Assembly (NCBI GenBank): GCA_964448115.1
Contig: CAYUVA010000003.1
Coordinates: 1-64,000, forward strand
Length of the DNA stretch: 64,000 bases
Origin: an uncultured bacterium
GTDB taxonomy: Bacteria > CAYUVA01
Direction of reading: 5' to 3'
Shown: piece by piece, positions 21,023 through 30,314 of the stretch
Layout of the letters: every line of letters begins with the position of its first letter
Numbering within the stretch: the first letter of the stretch is position 1
The notes under the pieces: generated by a model
Told to the model about the DNA's origin: nothing
The model's database searches: none
Seen by the model: only the letters and a program-made list of their open reading frames with translations
Made by a program: the position numbers and the translations under genes

Positions 21023-22552
21023 TCAGCCTTTCTCCCTGTCCTTGAGCCAGTTCTCGAATGATGGGAGATCGAGCGATTCCCTAAGCTCCTTCAGTAAAGC
21101 CTTCTTGGCATATTGCTTAATATCCCCAGCCGGTCGGCTTTGTGGACTTAACTTCATAAACGATTCCACTTTCTTGGCGATAAGCTCCTTTTGTTCGTGT
21201 GGCGAGTACCGGCGGTGGAACTCGGCAAGCACAGCCATCTGCACCTCTTGTTCATAAAGCTCCAGCGCTCTATCCCTTTCGACGAGCTGTTCTCTTTTTT
21301 GCTTGAGATCCTCAAGGTTTTGTTTATATGCCAGATACTGCGGCAGGTATAAGCTCAGTATCATTAAGGATCTCGGCTTGAAATCAGTTCGTTTTGCCTC
21401 CTCAAGGGAAAAATCGATTAGCTCCTCGACTGCCTGTTTCCCATGCTCATCGAGCAACTGCCTAGCATATTCAAGCTCATTTTTGCTCGGATTTCTATGG
21501 TGATAATCCCCCCTCAAGCCGTGCAATTTTCGATAAAACAGGCTGATAAGCTCCATGCAGACATCCTCAGAGTCAGCATAGATCATCCCGGTCAGAGCCT
21601 GATTACTCGTACTGGTTTGCAAAAGGTCTTGTTCTTCGGACTCAGGTAGGATCCTTTGCTCGAAGATGCGGACACCTGGATAAAAATAGAACAGCCAGTC
21701 GTTATCCTTAGAGGATTCCTCGTGCTCGACACGCTCCAGGAATCGAGTCTTGATAAGCTCATCGAAGGCTGGAAAAAGCTGCTGCTTGACATCCGCGAAG
21801 TATTTGCGCCTGGTAACCGGCAGAACCTCGGTCAAAGTCGAGTAAAGATAGTTACGATACTCACCCTTTTTAATGTTATAGAACTTCAAGCCCAGCAGCT
21901 CATATAATCGCTTGGAGATCTCGTTCCTTAGCGAGCACCAGTAGCTATAATCGATGTATCGTATATAGAAACTATTCAGGTTATTCAAGTACCACTCGGA
22001 AAGGAAGATATAGTTGGTCTCAGCCACCTTGCCTTCGGGGAGCTTCTCGCCTAGAAAGACCACGCTATCGTAAAGATGAAATGCCTTCTCAAGCCACTGC
22101 ATCTTGTCCTTGGAGAAAAAAGTCCCCTTGCTTTCAATGGATGTTACCACTAGCCTGATAAGGGACTTCTTAATAGCTAGCTTGTTTTTTCCGCTGTTAT
22201 TTATGCCCAGAATCTTGCTGAGTTTATACAATGAACCTACTGGCACTGGATTTGAGACCGGGAACCCCATCTTGCTGATCATGTTCTCGATAGCTCGAAA
22301 GACCTTGCGATCAAAAGGTCCCGGGAATCCATGTTCCGAGTTTGCGGTTACCTTCCAGTGGATGCTGAAGGTATTACCATCCCTCTTGATCTCCTCGTAG
22401 TATTCGATCTTGGTCTTTTGGCGTAAGCCCTTGGTTGACAGATTGAAGATCGGATAGCGCAAAAAATTGATCTCCGCCTTGGAGATCTCCGTCCTGGAGG
22501 CAGATATACTCCTGGCTGGTATGATCCTCATGTCCGATCTATGTTCATCCAT
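21023..22552 (-). CDS. Plasmid-type replication initiator protein A (RepA/RPA-like)
   Basis: EINFLRYPIFNLS, GFPGPFDRKVFRAI, SLYKLSKILG..SGKN..IKKSLIRL, SKRLYELL resemble the winged-helix RepA/TrfA-type initiator family; helical C-terminal extension. Confidence 0.65.
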   Translation of the reverse strand: MDEHRSDMRIIPARSISASRTEISKAEINFLRYPIFNLSTKGLRQKTKIEYYEEIKRDGNTFSIHWKVTANSEHGFPGPFDRKVFRAIENMISKMGFPVSNPVPVGSLYKLSKILGINNSGKNKLAIKKSLIRLVVTSIESKGTFFSKDKMQWLEKAFHLYDSVVFLGEKLPEGKVAETNYIFLSEWYLNNLNSFYIRYIDYSYWCSLRNEISKRLYELLGLKFYNIKKGEYRNYLYSTLTEVLPVTRRKYFADVKQQLFPAFDELIKTRFLERVEHEESSKDNDWLFYFYPGVRIFEQRILPESEEQDLLQTSTSNQALTGMIYADSEDVCMELISLFYRKLHGLRGDYHHRNPSKNELEYARQLLDEHGKQAVEELIDFSLEEAKRTDFKPRSLMILSLYLPQYLAYKQNLEDLKQKREQLVERDRALELYEQEVQMAVLAEFHRRYSPHEQKELIAKKVESFMKLSPQSRPAGDIKQYAKKALLKELRESLDLPSFENWLKDREKG

Positions 22553-22887
22553 TATGAGGCTTGTAAGAAGGCGTTTCTGTTACCTTTGCTAAATTATATA
22601 CCAATGCTAGCATATACGAAGTATATATTGAACGATGAAAAAGGCTTGGAGTTTTTTTAGCTACAAGGATATCTAGACCTTGGAGGGGTATTAAGTGAAA
22701 ATGATATGTGATAAACTATAAAGTAATGCTCTGCTATCAACCCGATTTTATTGCAACATCAAGGTATCACTTCAATTATTATCAGAGCATCAATTAAAGA
22801 ATTCCTGCATGGCGGTGTATGTCCTTGACAATCTTTTGGCAAATCTATGCTGGCGAGCTTCATATTAAACCCTGTTTCCTTTATCCA

Positions 22888-24828
22888 TCAATCGACACAA
22901 AGATGGGGCCACAAATTGGTCTTTGCTGTTGTTGCAGCGTCTTCAGCTAATAGCTCCAGCCCATAATGCCCTTGTGGTACTCCTGGTCCGAGCAAGGCTG
23001 TAAAGGTGAACAATATGGGTGATTGTCGAGTAAGGAATATGCCGGTGGGAATTCCGCCGTAATACATCTGAACCGAGTCAACCTGTTGTTCTCCAAGATA
23101 GTCAACCACCGCATATAGATTGAGCCAGCCGCCGCCTGCGCTGGAGAGATATGTATCCCAATATCCGCCCAGAATATTCCTGGTTGTCAATCCCTCCGGA
23201 ACTAGGTAATAATCGGTAAGTTTGTGCCTGGTCAGGGTTACCGAATCATTTTGTTTTACCTCATCGTAGATCAAGCCGATGCCTGGTCGCCACCAGATAT
23301 CGTGGGTGATAAACCCACTGGCGAGATTCTCGTAAACCTTGTATCTGTAGCAATGTTCGATAGTACCTGCCGGGACGGTGATATTCTCATCTGTTCCGAC
23401 TAAACGGATGCGGTCAAAGTTTGCGTTTTGAAAGAAAACAAGCGTCTCATCGCCGACATCACCTGGATACTTGTACATAAGGGACTCAACCTCGCCTACA
23501 GCCTGTCCATGGGCGATAAGCCCCTGATAGGTATTCCTGAAGTAGATGTTTACCCCGCCATTTAAGACATTATTAACGACATAATAGTTGATTCCATCGA
23601 GTGTCTGTGTACCTGTAACTTTGGTCTGGTAGTTTATGCTTCCTATCTCTTCAATGTAAGACCATCGATTTCCCACCTTCAAGGGCAGAATGTTCCCCGC
23701 AACCGGCGGTTGCATGGTCGGTGTCGGGGTTGGGGTTTTTACGGTTGAGAGTGAAAAACTAGTGAGCCTGTGTTGTTGCTTTATATGTTCCCGGTTAAGC
23801 CAGTTTATATCGTAAACCAATCCTACTGACGGACACAAGCAGAGGTAATGGAAAGTATAATCGCCTTGTACATGTTCTTCCACCTTGTAAACATAGCAGC
23901 CGGAGAATTCGCCGATATCGGTAACTAAGAAGGTGTTGGTTGAGATAATCTCCACGGAATCATAGTTGCCAGGCAGGTAGTTTATGACCCATTTGTCTCC
24001 GACCTCACCTGGGTATTTGTATAACATCGCCAGGTTGTTTGGTTGTCCCAGCGAGTACATGGTAAGCCCATAATAGAAATTCAGCATATAGACAACAGAC
24101 TGGGTATTAAAGATATTTGCCACATCGTAAAATTCCATACCTCCATGGTTCGATTTGCCAGTAACAGATGTGGTGTAGCTTTCGGTAGAGCTTGTATTGA
24201 AGTCGGTTACCTCGTAGTTCCACATATTACCGACCGATAGCGGCCAGATCTGGTCTTGGACATTTAGTGTGGGAGTGCTTGTAGGTATGGGAGTGGCAGT
24301 CGGCGTGGTGGTCGGCGTTCCCTCGTAATAGCTGACAACAACCAACACCTCGGAGTAAACGCTCTCAGTGCCGTCCATATCAAATGCAGTAACGGTAACA
24401 TAATAGCTTAGTCCTATCTGAAGATTGGTTAAATCAATGGAAGTGTTAGTACCGACATCAATAGGGGATGAACCTTGATCTAGTCCAGTACCTTGATAAG
24501 GAGGATTCGGTGAATCTGTATCGTAATAAACATAGTACTTCAGTGTCTCCACCCGTCTCGGATTCCAGCTCAGATGGCAGATATTATTCTCGAAGTAATA
24601 ATCCAATCCATTGGGCGCCAACACTACACGTGAGTTTCTATAGGGATTATATTGGATCTCCCCCATGGATGAATTGTCGTGAATATCGTAAATCTTGGCA
24701 TCAATTGTTGCGCTATCGGTGGTTCCCCAGTAGTTATTGATGAATTGGAAGTTTTTTCTGGAACTATTATAGACGATGTAACCAGCTCCAGCCCTCTGCA
24801 AGTTACAGTTTGTTGCAGTGCTGTTCAT
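22888..24828 (-). CDS. C-terminal part of an interrupted secreted protein: end of beta-helix, FN3, PT linker, two tandem 'PLxVGNxWxY' domains, GYWDT..WPxL C-terminal domain
   Basis: NNYWGTTD, LSWNP..YYVYY..YYVTVTAFD (FN3), TPTTTPTATP, duplicated domain; in frame with 24877-25980 across a single TAA. Confidence 0.7.
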   Translation of the reverse strand: MNSTATNCNLQRAGAGYIVYNSSRKNFQFINNYWGTTDSATIDAKIYDIHDNSSMGEIQYNPYRNSRVVLAPNGLDYYFENNICHLSWNPRRVETLKYYVYYDTDSPNPPYQGTGLDQGSSPIDVGTNTSIDLTNLQIGLSYYVTVTAFDMDGTESVYSEVLVVVSYYEGTPTTTPTATPIPTSTPTLNVQDQIWPLSVGNMWNYEVTDFNTSSTESYTTSVTGKSNHGGMEFYDVANIFNTQSVVYMLNFYYGLTMYSLGQPNNLAMLYKYPGEVGDKWVINYLPGNYDSVEIISTNTFLVTDIGEFSGCYVYKVEEHVQGDYTFHYLCLCPSVGLVYDINWLNREHIKQQHRLTSFSLSTVKTPTPTPTMQPPVAGNILPLKVGNRWSYIEEIGSINYQTKVTGTQTLDGINYYVVNNVLNGGVNIYFRNTYQGLIAHGQAVGEVESLMYKYPGDVGDETLVFFQNANFDRIRLVGTDENITVPAGTIEHCYRYKVYENLASGFITHDIWWRPGIGLIYDEVKQNDSVTLTRHKLTDYYLVPEGLTTRNILGGYWDTYLSSAGGGWLNLYAVVDYLGEQQVDSVQMYYGGIPTGIFLTRQSPILFTFTALLGPGVPQGHYGLELLAEDAATTAKTNLWPHLCVD

Positions 24829-24876
24829 CGCAGTTGAAGTGCTAAAGTTTTCCAGGTAAATATCATGTCCTGTGTT

Positions 24877-25980
24877 TTAAGCAACTATCGAACTGAAAAG
24901 ATTAAATTTTGTGTCATAGAATGCCAATCCTACTCCGGTATTATTCTGCACCATGGACCCTGCTATATGCAGGTCAACATCTCCAGTCTGTATGGCAGCA
25001 AACTGGTTAGGGCAATTATTCCCTTGTACAAGGCAGTTTTCTAAAACAAGGTTGCCCTTTCTGCTTAGGATCGCGCTCCCACGACCAGTGGCATAGTTGT
25101 TGTTGATGACACAGTTATTCATACTCAGGTTATCGTAATAAGTAGTTAAGCCTATGCCTCCCCCATGCCCCAGGTGTCCGTACTTGCTATTGCAGACATT
25201 ATTCGTGATATCCGAGTTATTGAACAGCAATCTAGAACTGCTACTCCAGACGCCACCGCCAATTAATTCATAGCTGCTCAACGCGACATTTTCGGTGATA
25301 ATTGAATGTTTGACCTCAAGATCATCGCAATCATCAAACCGGATTCCGGCACCACCCCTACCTTTATTTTGCCGAAATGTTGTATATAAAATAGTGCCAC
25401 TTACATTGCAAAATAATGCTCCAGTATTGTTTGATATATCAACTGTTCCGTTATTCTCGATTAGCGATTGAACCAAGGCTAATCTGATATTATCCATATT
25501 CAATCCCTGTTCTCTACACTTGGATATTGTAGTATTTTTAATAAGTAAATTAGTGTATCTGTTTTTTACTCCAGTGATTGCATATTCGATGTCGCAATAG
25601 ATGAGTACACAGCCATCAAGATAATTGTAACTACTATCCCAGGACGAATCGGTAGCAGAGCTAAAATACAACTGCTTCCAGAAACCAGGACCAGGATTCT
25701 CTGAGTTTGCTGTGAAGGTGATATGTTGGCTCTCTGTACCGATGGCTTTGAGTGTGCCATCAATATAGATCTCAACATTGAAGTTTAACTTGACAACAAC
25801 CCCTGGTTGGATGGTAAGGGTTACCCCATCAAGAATTGTCAGGTGATCGGTAACAATCACCGGTGAATCTGCCAAGGTCCAGATCGTGTCGCTATCGATC
25901 TGACCGGAAACATTCAATGCATAACTATTAGTAGTTAGCATTAAGATTACTCCCAATAACAATAAGTTTCTTGCCTTCAT
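24877..25980 (-). CDS. N-terminal part of the same interrupted secreted protein: signal peptide + right-handed parallel beta-helix
   Basis: MKARNLLLLGVILMLTTNSYA signal; WTLADSP..GVTLTIQPGV..GTLKAIGT..ITFT; GGG/N-ladder repeats; ends at in-frame TAA 24877-24879. Confidence 0.75.
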   Translation of the reverse strand: MKARNLLLLGVILMLTTNSYALNVSGQIDSDTIWTLADSPVIVTDHLTILDGVTLTIQPGVVVKLNFNVEIYIDGTLKAIGTESQHITFTANSENPGPGFWKQLYFSSATDSSWDSSYNYLDGCVLIYCDIEYAITGVKNRYTNLLIKNTTISKCREQGLNMDNIRLALVQSLIENNGTVDISNNTGALFCNVSGTILYTTFRQNKGRGGAGIRFDDCDDLEVKHSIITENVALSSYELIGGGVWSSSSRLLFNNSDITNNVCNSKYGHLGHGGGIGLTTYYDNLSMNNCVINNNYATGRGSAILSRKGNLVLENCLVQGNNCPNQFAAIQTGDVDLHIAGSMVQNNTGVGLAFYDTKFNLFSSIVA

Positions 25981-26040
25981 AATTTTATCCCCTTCTTAAG
26001 GTTACTATCTTCAAACACCGTATTATCAACTTATGATAAT

Positions 26041-26069
26041 TTTATAACAAATGATTTTATAGATGTCAA
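26041..26069 (-). promoter_or_regulatory. Sigma70-type promoter for the 25980 secreted-protein gene
   Basis: Minus strand TTGACA-17 nt-TATAAA with TG extended -10. Confidence 0.55.
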
Positions 26070-26080
26070 ATAAAATTTAT

Positions 26081-26520
26081 CTACCTCTCCAGCCAGTGGC
26101 CGATGACCTGCTTGACCACTTCCTTGAACTTGGCAAAATCGAGCGGCTTGGTGATGAAGCCGTTGGCGCCTGCCTTGTATGCTGTGGAAGCCTCCAAGGG
26201 GCTATGCTCGCTGGTGAAGACCACAATGGGCATATCATCCAGGGTGCGATCNNNNNNNNNNCCTCTCGTATCTTGCGCAGGATCTCCATTCCATCCACCC
26301 CAGGGAGATGCAGATCAAGCAAAAGCAAATCAGGTAACCCTAAAGGATTCCGAGTTGCACCCCAGTCTCGCTTATCGATAATCTGCAGGGCTTCGTTACC
26401 ATCCTTTGCCCAACTGATATTCTCCACACCGCCGATATCGTCCAAAGCCTTTTTTATCAAGTATGCATGGTCTGGGTTGTCCTCGACCAGGAAGATCACT
26501 AATTTTCGTTTCTTCGACAT
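26081..26520 (-). CDS. Single-domain response regulator (Rcp1/CheY-like), spanning an assembly gap
   Basis: LVEDN, LLDLHLPGVDG; after the Ns the true frame reads DRTLDDMPIVVFTS..AGANGFITKPLDF..HWLER-TAG (26081-26083). The ORF-track C-terminus is a gap-induced frameshift. Confidence 0.88.
26252..26261. other. Assembly gap (10 N)
   Basis: Run of N inside the response regulator; the flanks join in frame if they overlap by one G (GAG G|GAT). Confidence 0.95.
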
Positions 26521-26529
26521 TTGAATACA

Positions 26530-26558
26530 ATTATATTTAAAAACTCTTGTGAAGTCAA
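26530..26558 (-). promoter_or_regulatory. Sigma70-type promoter, near-leaderless, for the response regulator
   Basis: Minus strand TTGACT-17 nt-TATAAT with 9 nt between the -10 and ATG 26520; no SD. Confidence 0.6.
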
Positions 26559-26587
26559 ATCGAGCTATCTAGTGCATAGTATGCTCA

Positions 26588-27082
26588 TCATTGGAGCGAT
26601 TCTGCTGTCTGGCGTTTGAGCTTTCTTCTCCTTCTTAGCCACCTCAAGACAGTAAAATAGGATACCAAGCCGAAGAAAATGCCCTCGATGGTCGTCCCGA
26701 TAAGAAATGGTATTAGTGTTTTATCGCTAAAAAAGATCCCTATAATCTCCTTCAGGTTGTTCCAATCGATGTTCAGGTCGATATAATGATATGGCGTGAT
26801 AGCCACCCCGATGAAATAGCCTGCAATATAAACCAACGGCGTGAGTGGAGCATTCAAGCCGGAGGCTAATATCGTAACCATAATGTTCAGGCGAAATACC
26901 ATTGAGAAAAGGATGCTTAATGGGGTGTGAATGCCATAAGTGGGACCGAAGCTGATGCCGAGACCTACCGCAAATGATGCGGCGAGCTTTTCGGGTGGAT
27001 CGTCAAGGCTTAGTATCCTTTTAGGTATTTCCCTTAGGTTGACTTTTTTAGCTGCAAGATAGCGCTTTATCCTCAAGAACAT
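26588..27082 (-). CDS. DUF2062 family membrane protein
   Basis: DPPEKLAASFAVG..FGPTYGIHT..FRLN..NAPLT pattern. Confidence 0.8.
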   Translation of the reverse strand: MFLRIKRYLAAKKVNLREIPKRILSLDDPPEKLAASFAVGLGISFGPTYGIHTPLSILFSMVFRLNIMVTILASGLNAPLTPLVYIAGYFIGVAITPYHYIDLNIDWNNLKEIIGIFFSDKTLIPFLIGTTIEGIFFGLVSYFTVLRWLRRRRKLKRQTAESLQ

Positions 27083-27135
27083 TCTATAAGCTGTATCCGA
27101 TCCATTCGGTTAACATGGTTGTTACCTTTGGTAAG

Positions 27136-29160
27136 CTATTGTAACCTGAAGATATATACCCCATCGCTGGCATAAATCAAGGGGATGCTTTGATGCATCT
27201 GTCTGACCTTATCCGGGAAGCGTTCCCGCTCCACCCTGCTGATAAGAAGGTACTTGATTCCGAGTTCCCTTGCGGCGGCGGTTGATTCCTCGATGCTTTC
27301 AGCATGGAATATCCTTGCCACCATATCTTTTCTTTGCTCAAAAGGCTCAGCTTTGACTTGGAATATCCTTGAGTGCATCTCATCCCCCATGCAGATCCTC
27401 CTTTGGGCAAATGTGGGGATCAGCGAGTAAAACCCGCGCCGGTTGTAATCGAACCATCTTTGCACTACGGAAGACCTGTCGGTATTGGCATTCAGCCATT
27501 GGCACGCCTTCATATCCGGATAGCTGATATAGCTAGTGTATGTCGGGTGGTAGATATACCCTGAATTGAGCGCATCAAAGGCGGTTGTCAACAGGGCTGG
27601 GGTGCATAAGATCAATAATATCATCGTCAAGACTAGCCTGCCAAATCGTTTGTATATCCACAAGACAGCATATCCACTGTAAAAAGCAGCACAGAGGTTC
27701 AAAATAAGCGATGCCTTTAAGCCCACATCCGAGGGGAAGCTCGATATCACCACAAAGAAAATAAAGAAAAATGAGATAGCCGAAGCCTCGATGAATGCAC
27801 GATTGGTGTTTATTTTGTCCTTCAAGGCGATCAAAAAGCCAATGATGCCGAGAAAAAACATCGCACCATAGTTGAAAAACATGATGGGGATTATATTTCT
27901 CAATGCCTTCCAGTTCGCCGATACCTGGGGCGCCTCGCTCCCCCCTTTGAGCATGCCGAAGAGCCGATAATATAATAGCCACCCAATTATCAGCATTAGG
28001 GGCAACAAGACTTTATCTATCAGCTTCTTAAGCCTTGCCTTATCATCCAAAAGCCAGCTCAAGCACTGGTGAGCTAAAAACCAGCTAATGATTACAATTC
28101 CCACGAATGCCGAGAATGCGAGGCTCATCCCAAGCAGGAAGCCACAAATTAGATGATCAGCCAGCTGGCGCCCTGAATTCGACCTGGTGGCGATAATCCA
28201 TAGGCAATGGATCATGATGATTAGCGCCAAAAGGTGCTGTGGCGTGTAGATAAGCGACCTGTAGAAGCCATCGATCTGCGGGTGGCAGATGAACCACCTG
28301 GTGGCGCCATCAAAGTTGTAATTAAAGAAGTTGTGCAGCACGCCAAGCCCCTTTTTCAGGCTATGATGGCGAACATACCAGAACTCGTAGCTATAGGCGG
28401 TGAAGCTGATCAAGACGCCGAAAAATGCAGCCAGCCCATGCGAAAATAGCCCCTTGAAAACGAGATAAAGCGCTCTTATAAACCACCTGGCAACCAGAAG
28501 ACATAAGAAAAGAAAGGCTTTTTGCGCGGCTAAGGCTCCGCCACCCAGTGCAAGTGATAGATAACTGCTGAAAATATATATAAACCAGTAATAGTGCAGA
28601 CGAGCTGGGTGAAAATATGGATTAAATGGAGGAAAATCACCCTTGGCAACCTCGCCGGTCAAGGCGACATGCTTCAGGAAATCGCCGTTGAAATAGGCTC
28701 GGTAAGCATAACCGGCATCCATAGGTTCTCCAACCTGGCTGAAAGGATAGAACATGGCCAGATATGCGCAAGAGAGGAGAATTCCTATGTAAAGCCAGTC
28801 GCTATTGTTACTAGCATTATCTCTTGTGCGAGGTCTAGATGCTAAAAGGGCAAAATATGCCAATGCTCCGCTTACTACCAGGCATAAGAAGCTCAATGAA
28901 AGTAACGAATATATACCCGCCATCAGGCAACCCAAGCCTAAAAGCGTGGAAAGTAAAAAACCGTAAAACCCGCCCAGCCCCTTTAGATAACGCAAACCTA
29001 GTTTATCCATGATAAAGCTTATGGGCGCACCTGGCAGCAGAAATACCCCAGCGCACAAACAAAGAAGAATCGACTCTGAAAGCCCAAACAGGATTGCCGA
29101 GACAAGAAAAAGAAGAAATATATCGAGATTATTTAAAAGTATCTTGGGCTTCATTCTCAC
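27136..29160 (-). CDS. Polytopic membrane protein, GT-C-like, with soluble C-terminal domain
   Basis: Many TMs; GDFLKH..PPFNPYF..LHYYW loop; C-terminal ACQWLNANT..IPTFAQRR..GIKYLLI..ERE. Confidence 0.6.
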   Translation of the reverse strand: MRMKPKILLNNLDIFLLFLVSAILFGLSESILLCLCAGVFLLPGAPISFIMDKLGLRYLKGLGGFYGFLLSTLLGLGCLMAGIYSLLSLSFLCLVVSGALAYFALLASRPRTRDNASNNSDWLYIGILLSCAYLAMFYPFSQVGEPMDAGYAYRAYFNGDFLKHVALTGEVAKGDFPPFNPYFHPARLHYYWFIYIFSSYLSLALGGGALAAQKAFLFLCLLVARWFIRALYLVFKGLFSHGLAAFFGVLISFTAYSYEFWYVRHHSLKKGLGVLHNFFNYNFDGATRWFICHPQIDGFYRSLIYTPQHLLALIIMIHCLWIIATRSNSGRQLADHLICGFLLGMSLAFSAFVGIVIISWFLAHQCLSWLLDDKARLKKLIDKVLLPLMLIIGWLLYYRLFGMLKGGSEAPQVSANWKALRNIIPIMFFNYGAMFFLGIIGFLIALKDKINTNRAFIEASAISFFFIFFVVISSFPSDVGLKASLILNLCAAFYSGYAVLWIYKRFGRLVLTMILLILCTPALLTTAFDALNSGYIYHPTYTSYISYPDMKACQWLNANTDRSSVVQRWFDYNRRGFYSLIPTFAQRRICMGDEMHSRIFQVKAEPFEQRKDMVARIFHAESIEESTAAARELGIKYLLISRVERERFPDKVRQMHQSIPLIYASDGVYIFRLQ

Positions 29161-29314
29161 AGGCTTATATTGCCATATAGAAAGAAGAATGCAAAGGAAA
29201 GCAGGTTCATGGCGCCAAGAAAGTCAACTTGACATAAGGTGCATAGAGGGATAATAATCTACACCTGGCTATTGAGGGAGATTCTTTGCACAGATTAAGT
29301 CTCGAAAGGAAACG

Positions 29315-30268
29315 ATGATGCTAAGAAAGTTTCTTATACTGCTTCTTACCGTGTTGCTGGCTGCATCCTGCACCGATAGCGTTGACAAGAAGATACAACA
29401 TGGCAATACACTAATGCAGCTCAAGGAATACGAGCTTGCCGAGACCGAGTTCAAGGAAGCTATCAAACTAGCGCCGGATAGTTTCAAAGCACATAATAAC
29501 CTTGGCAACCTTTATCGAGAGATGGGTGAGGTCGAGAAAGCCCTTGAATTGTTTAATAAATCATTGGAGTTAGCAAACGATAACTCCCAAAAGGCGCTGG
29601 TTTATAACAACATGGCGCTAACCATCGATTCGGTGGGTGATTACAACCAGGCGGTAGTTTACCTGGATAAAGCCATTGAACTGATGCCAGAAGAAGCGCT
29701 GTATTACAACAACCTGGCCATGGAATACCATGTACAGAACCGCTTCGATGAGGCTATCGAATACTACAAGAAGGCTCTTGAGCTTAATGCTGGATTCACC
29801 CAGTCAGTGCTGAACCTCGCCGATGCGTACCTGAGAAGCGAGGATTGGGATAACGCAATAACCTACTTCAGGAAGCTCGCTGAGCAAAGCCCACCTCATG
29901 CATCTTATGCCTTTGCCAACATCGGTTATGCGAATCTGATGAAAGAGAAGTACATGGATGCAAAGAAATTCTACCAGATGGCGCTAGGCATGTCTCCCGA
30001 CTCGGTTATTGCCCTAGCTGGACTGTCATTCGCTTGTCATAAACTGGGGGAACAGGAGAATGCACAGAAATACATGGAAAAAGCAATGGAGATAAATCCT
30101 AACTCCGTGCTTGCCAACAAATTTCTTGGGATTATTTTAGGTGATTTGGGTAACAGCGACGGTGCTAAACAAGCTTTTGCCCGCGCCATGCAACTTCAGC
30201 CTAATGACCCTGAGCTGATTGCACTGATGGCTGATGTAAATCAAACGACCACCCAAGCAGATAAATGA
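29315..30268 (+). CDS. TPR-repeat lipoprotein
   Basis: Lipobox LLAASC; about 8 TPR repeats (AHNNLGNLY, YNNMA, YNNLA...). Confidence 0.88.
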   Translation: MMLRKFLILLLTVLLAASCTDSVDKKIQHGNTLMQLKEYELAETEFKEAIKLAPDSFKAHNNLGNLYREMGEVEKALELFNKSLELANDNSQKALVYNNMALTIDSVGDYNQAVVYLDKAIELMPEEALYYNNLAMEYHVQNRFDEAIEYYKKALELNAGFTQSVLNLADAYLRSEDWDNAITYFRKLAEQSPPHASYAFANIGYANLMKEKYMDAKKFYQMALGMSPDSVIALAGLSFACHKLGEQENAQKYMEKAMEINPNSVLANKFLGIILGDLGNSDGAKQAFARAMQLQPNDPELIALMADVNQTTTQADK

Positions 30269-30314
30269 TCGAGGACATGGAGTAGAAGAGGAACCAACCG
30301 AAGCTTGTCCACCC

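Noticed and set aside
20417-21061. 214-aa plus-strand ORF (and the many similar antisense ORFs, e.g. 26063-26524, 33529-34113)
   Set aside because: Shadow frames opposite well-conserved genes, with no recognisable motifs.
22553-22887. Iteron or DnaA-box origin upstream of the RepA-like gene
   Set aside because: AT-rich, but no direct-repeat array or TTATCCACA cluster is visible by eye.
22888-23182. CTD as a sortase, PEP-CTERM or T9SS signal
   Set aside because: No LPXTG/PEP motif, no terminal TM helix or basic tail, and no YPNP..G.Y-type T9SS consensus.
24877-24879. Stop-codon reassignment, selenocysteine or pyrrolysine at the internal stop
   Set aside because: The codon is TAA, and TAA, TAG and TGA all end conserved genes here (mtnP TAA, mlaE TAG, pyrE TGA).
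26077-26251. Frameshifted or pseudogenised response regulator and its odd C-terminus in the ORF track
   Set aside because: Artefact of the 10-N placeholder; a normal receiver C-terminus continues in another frame.
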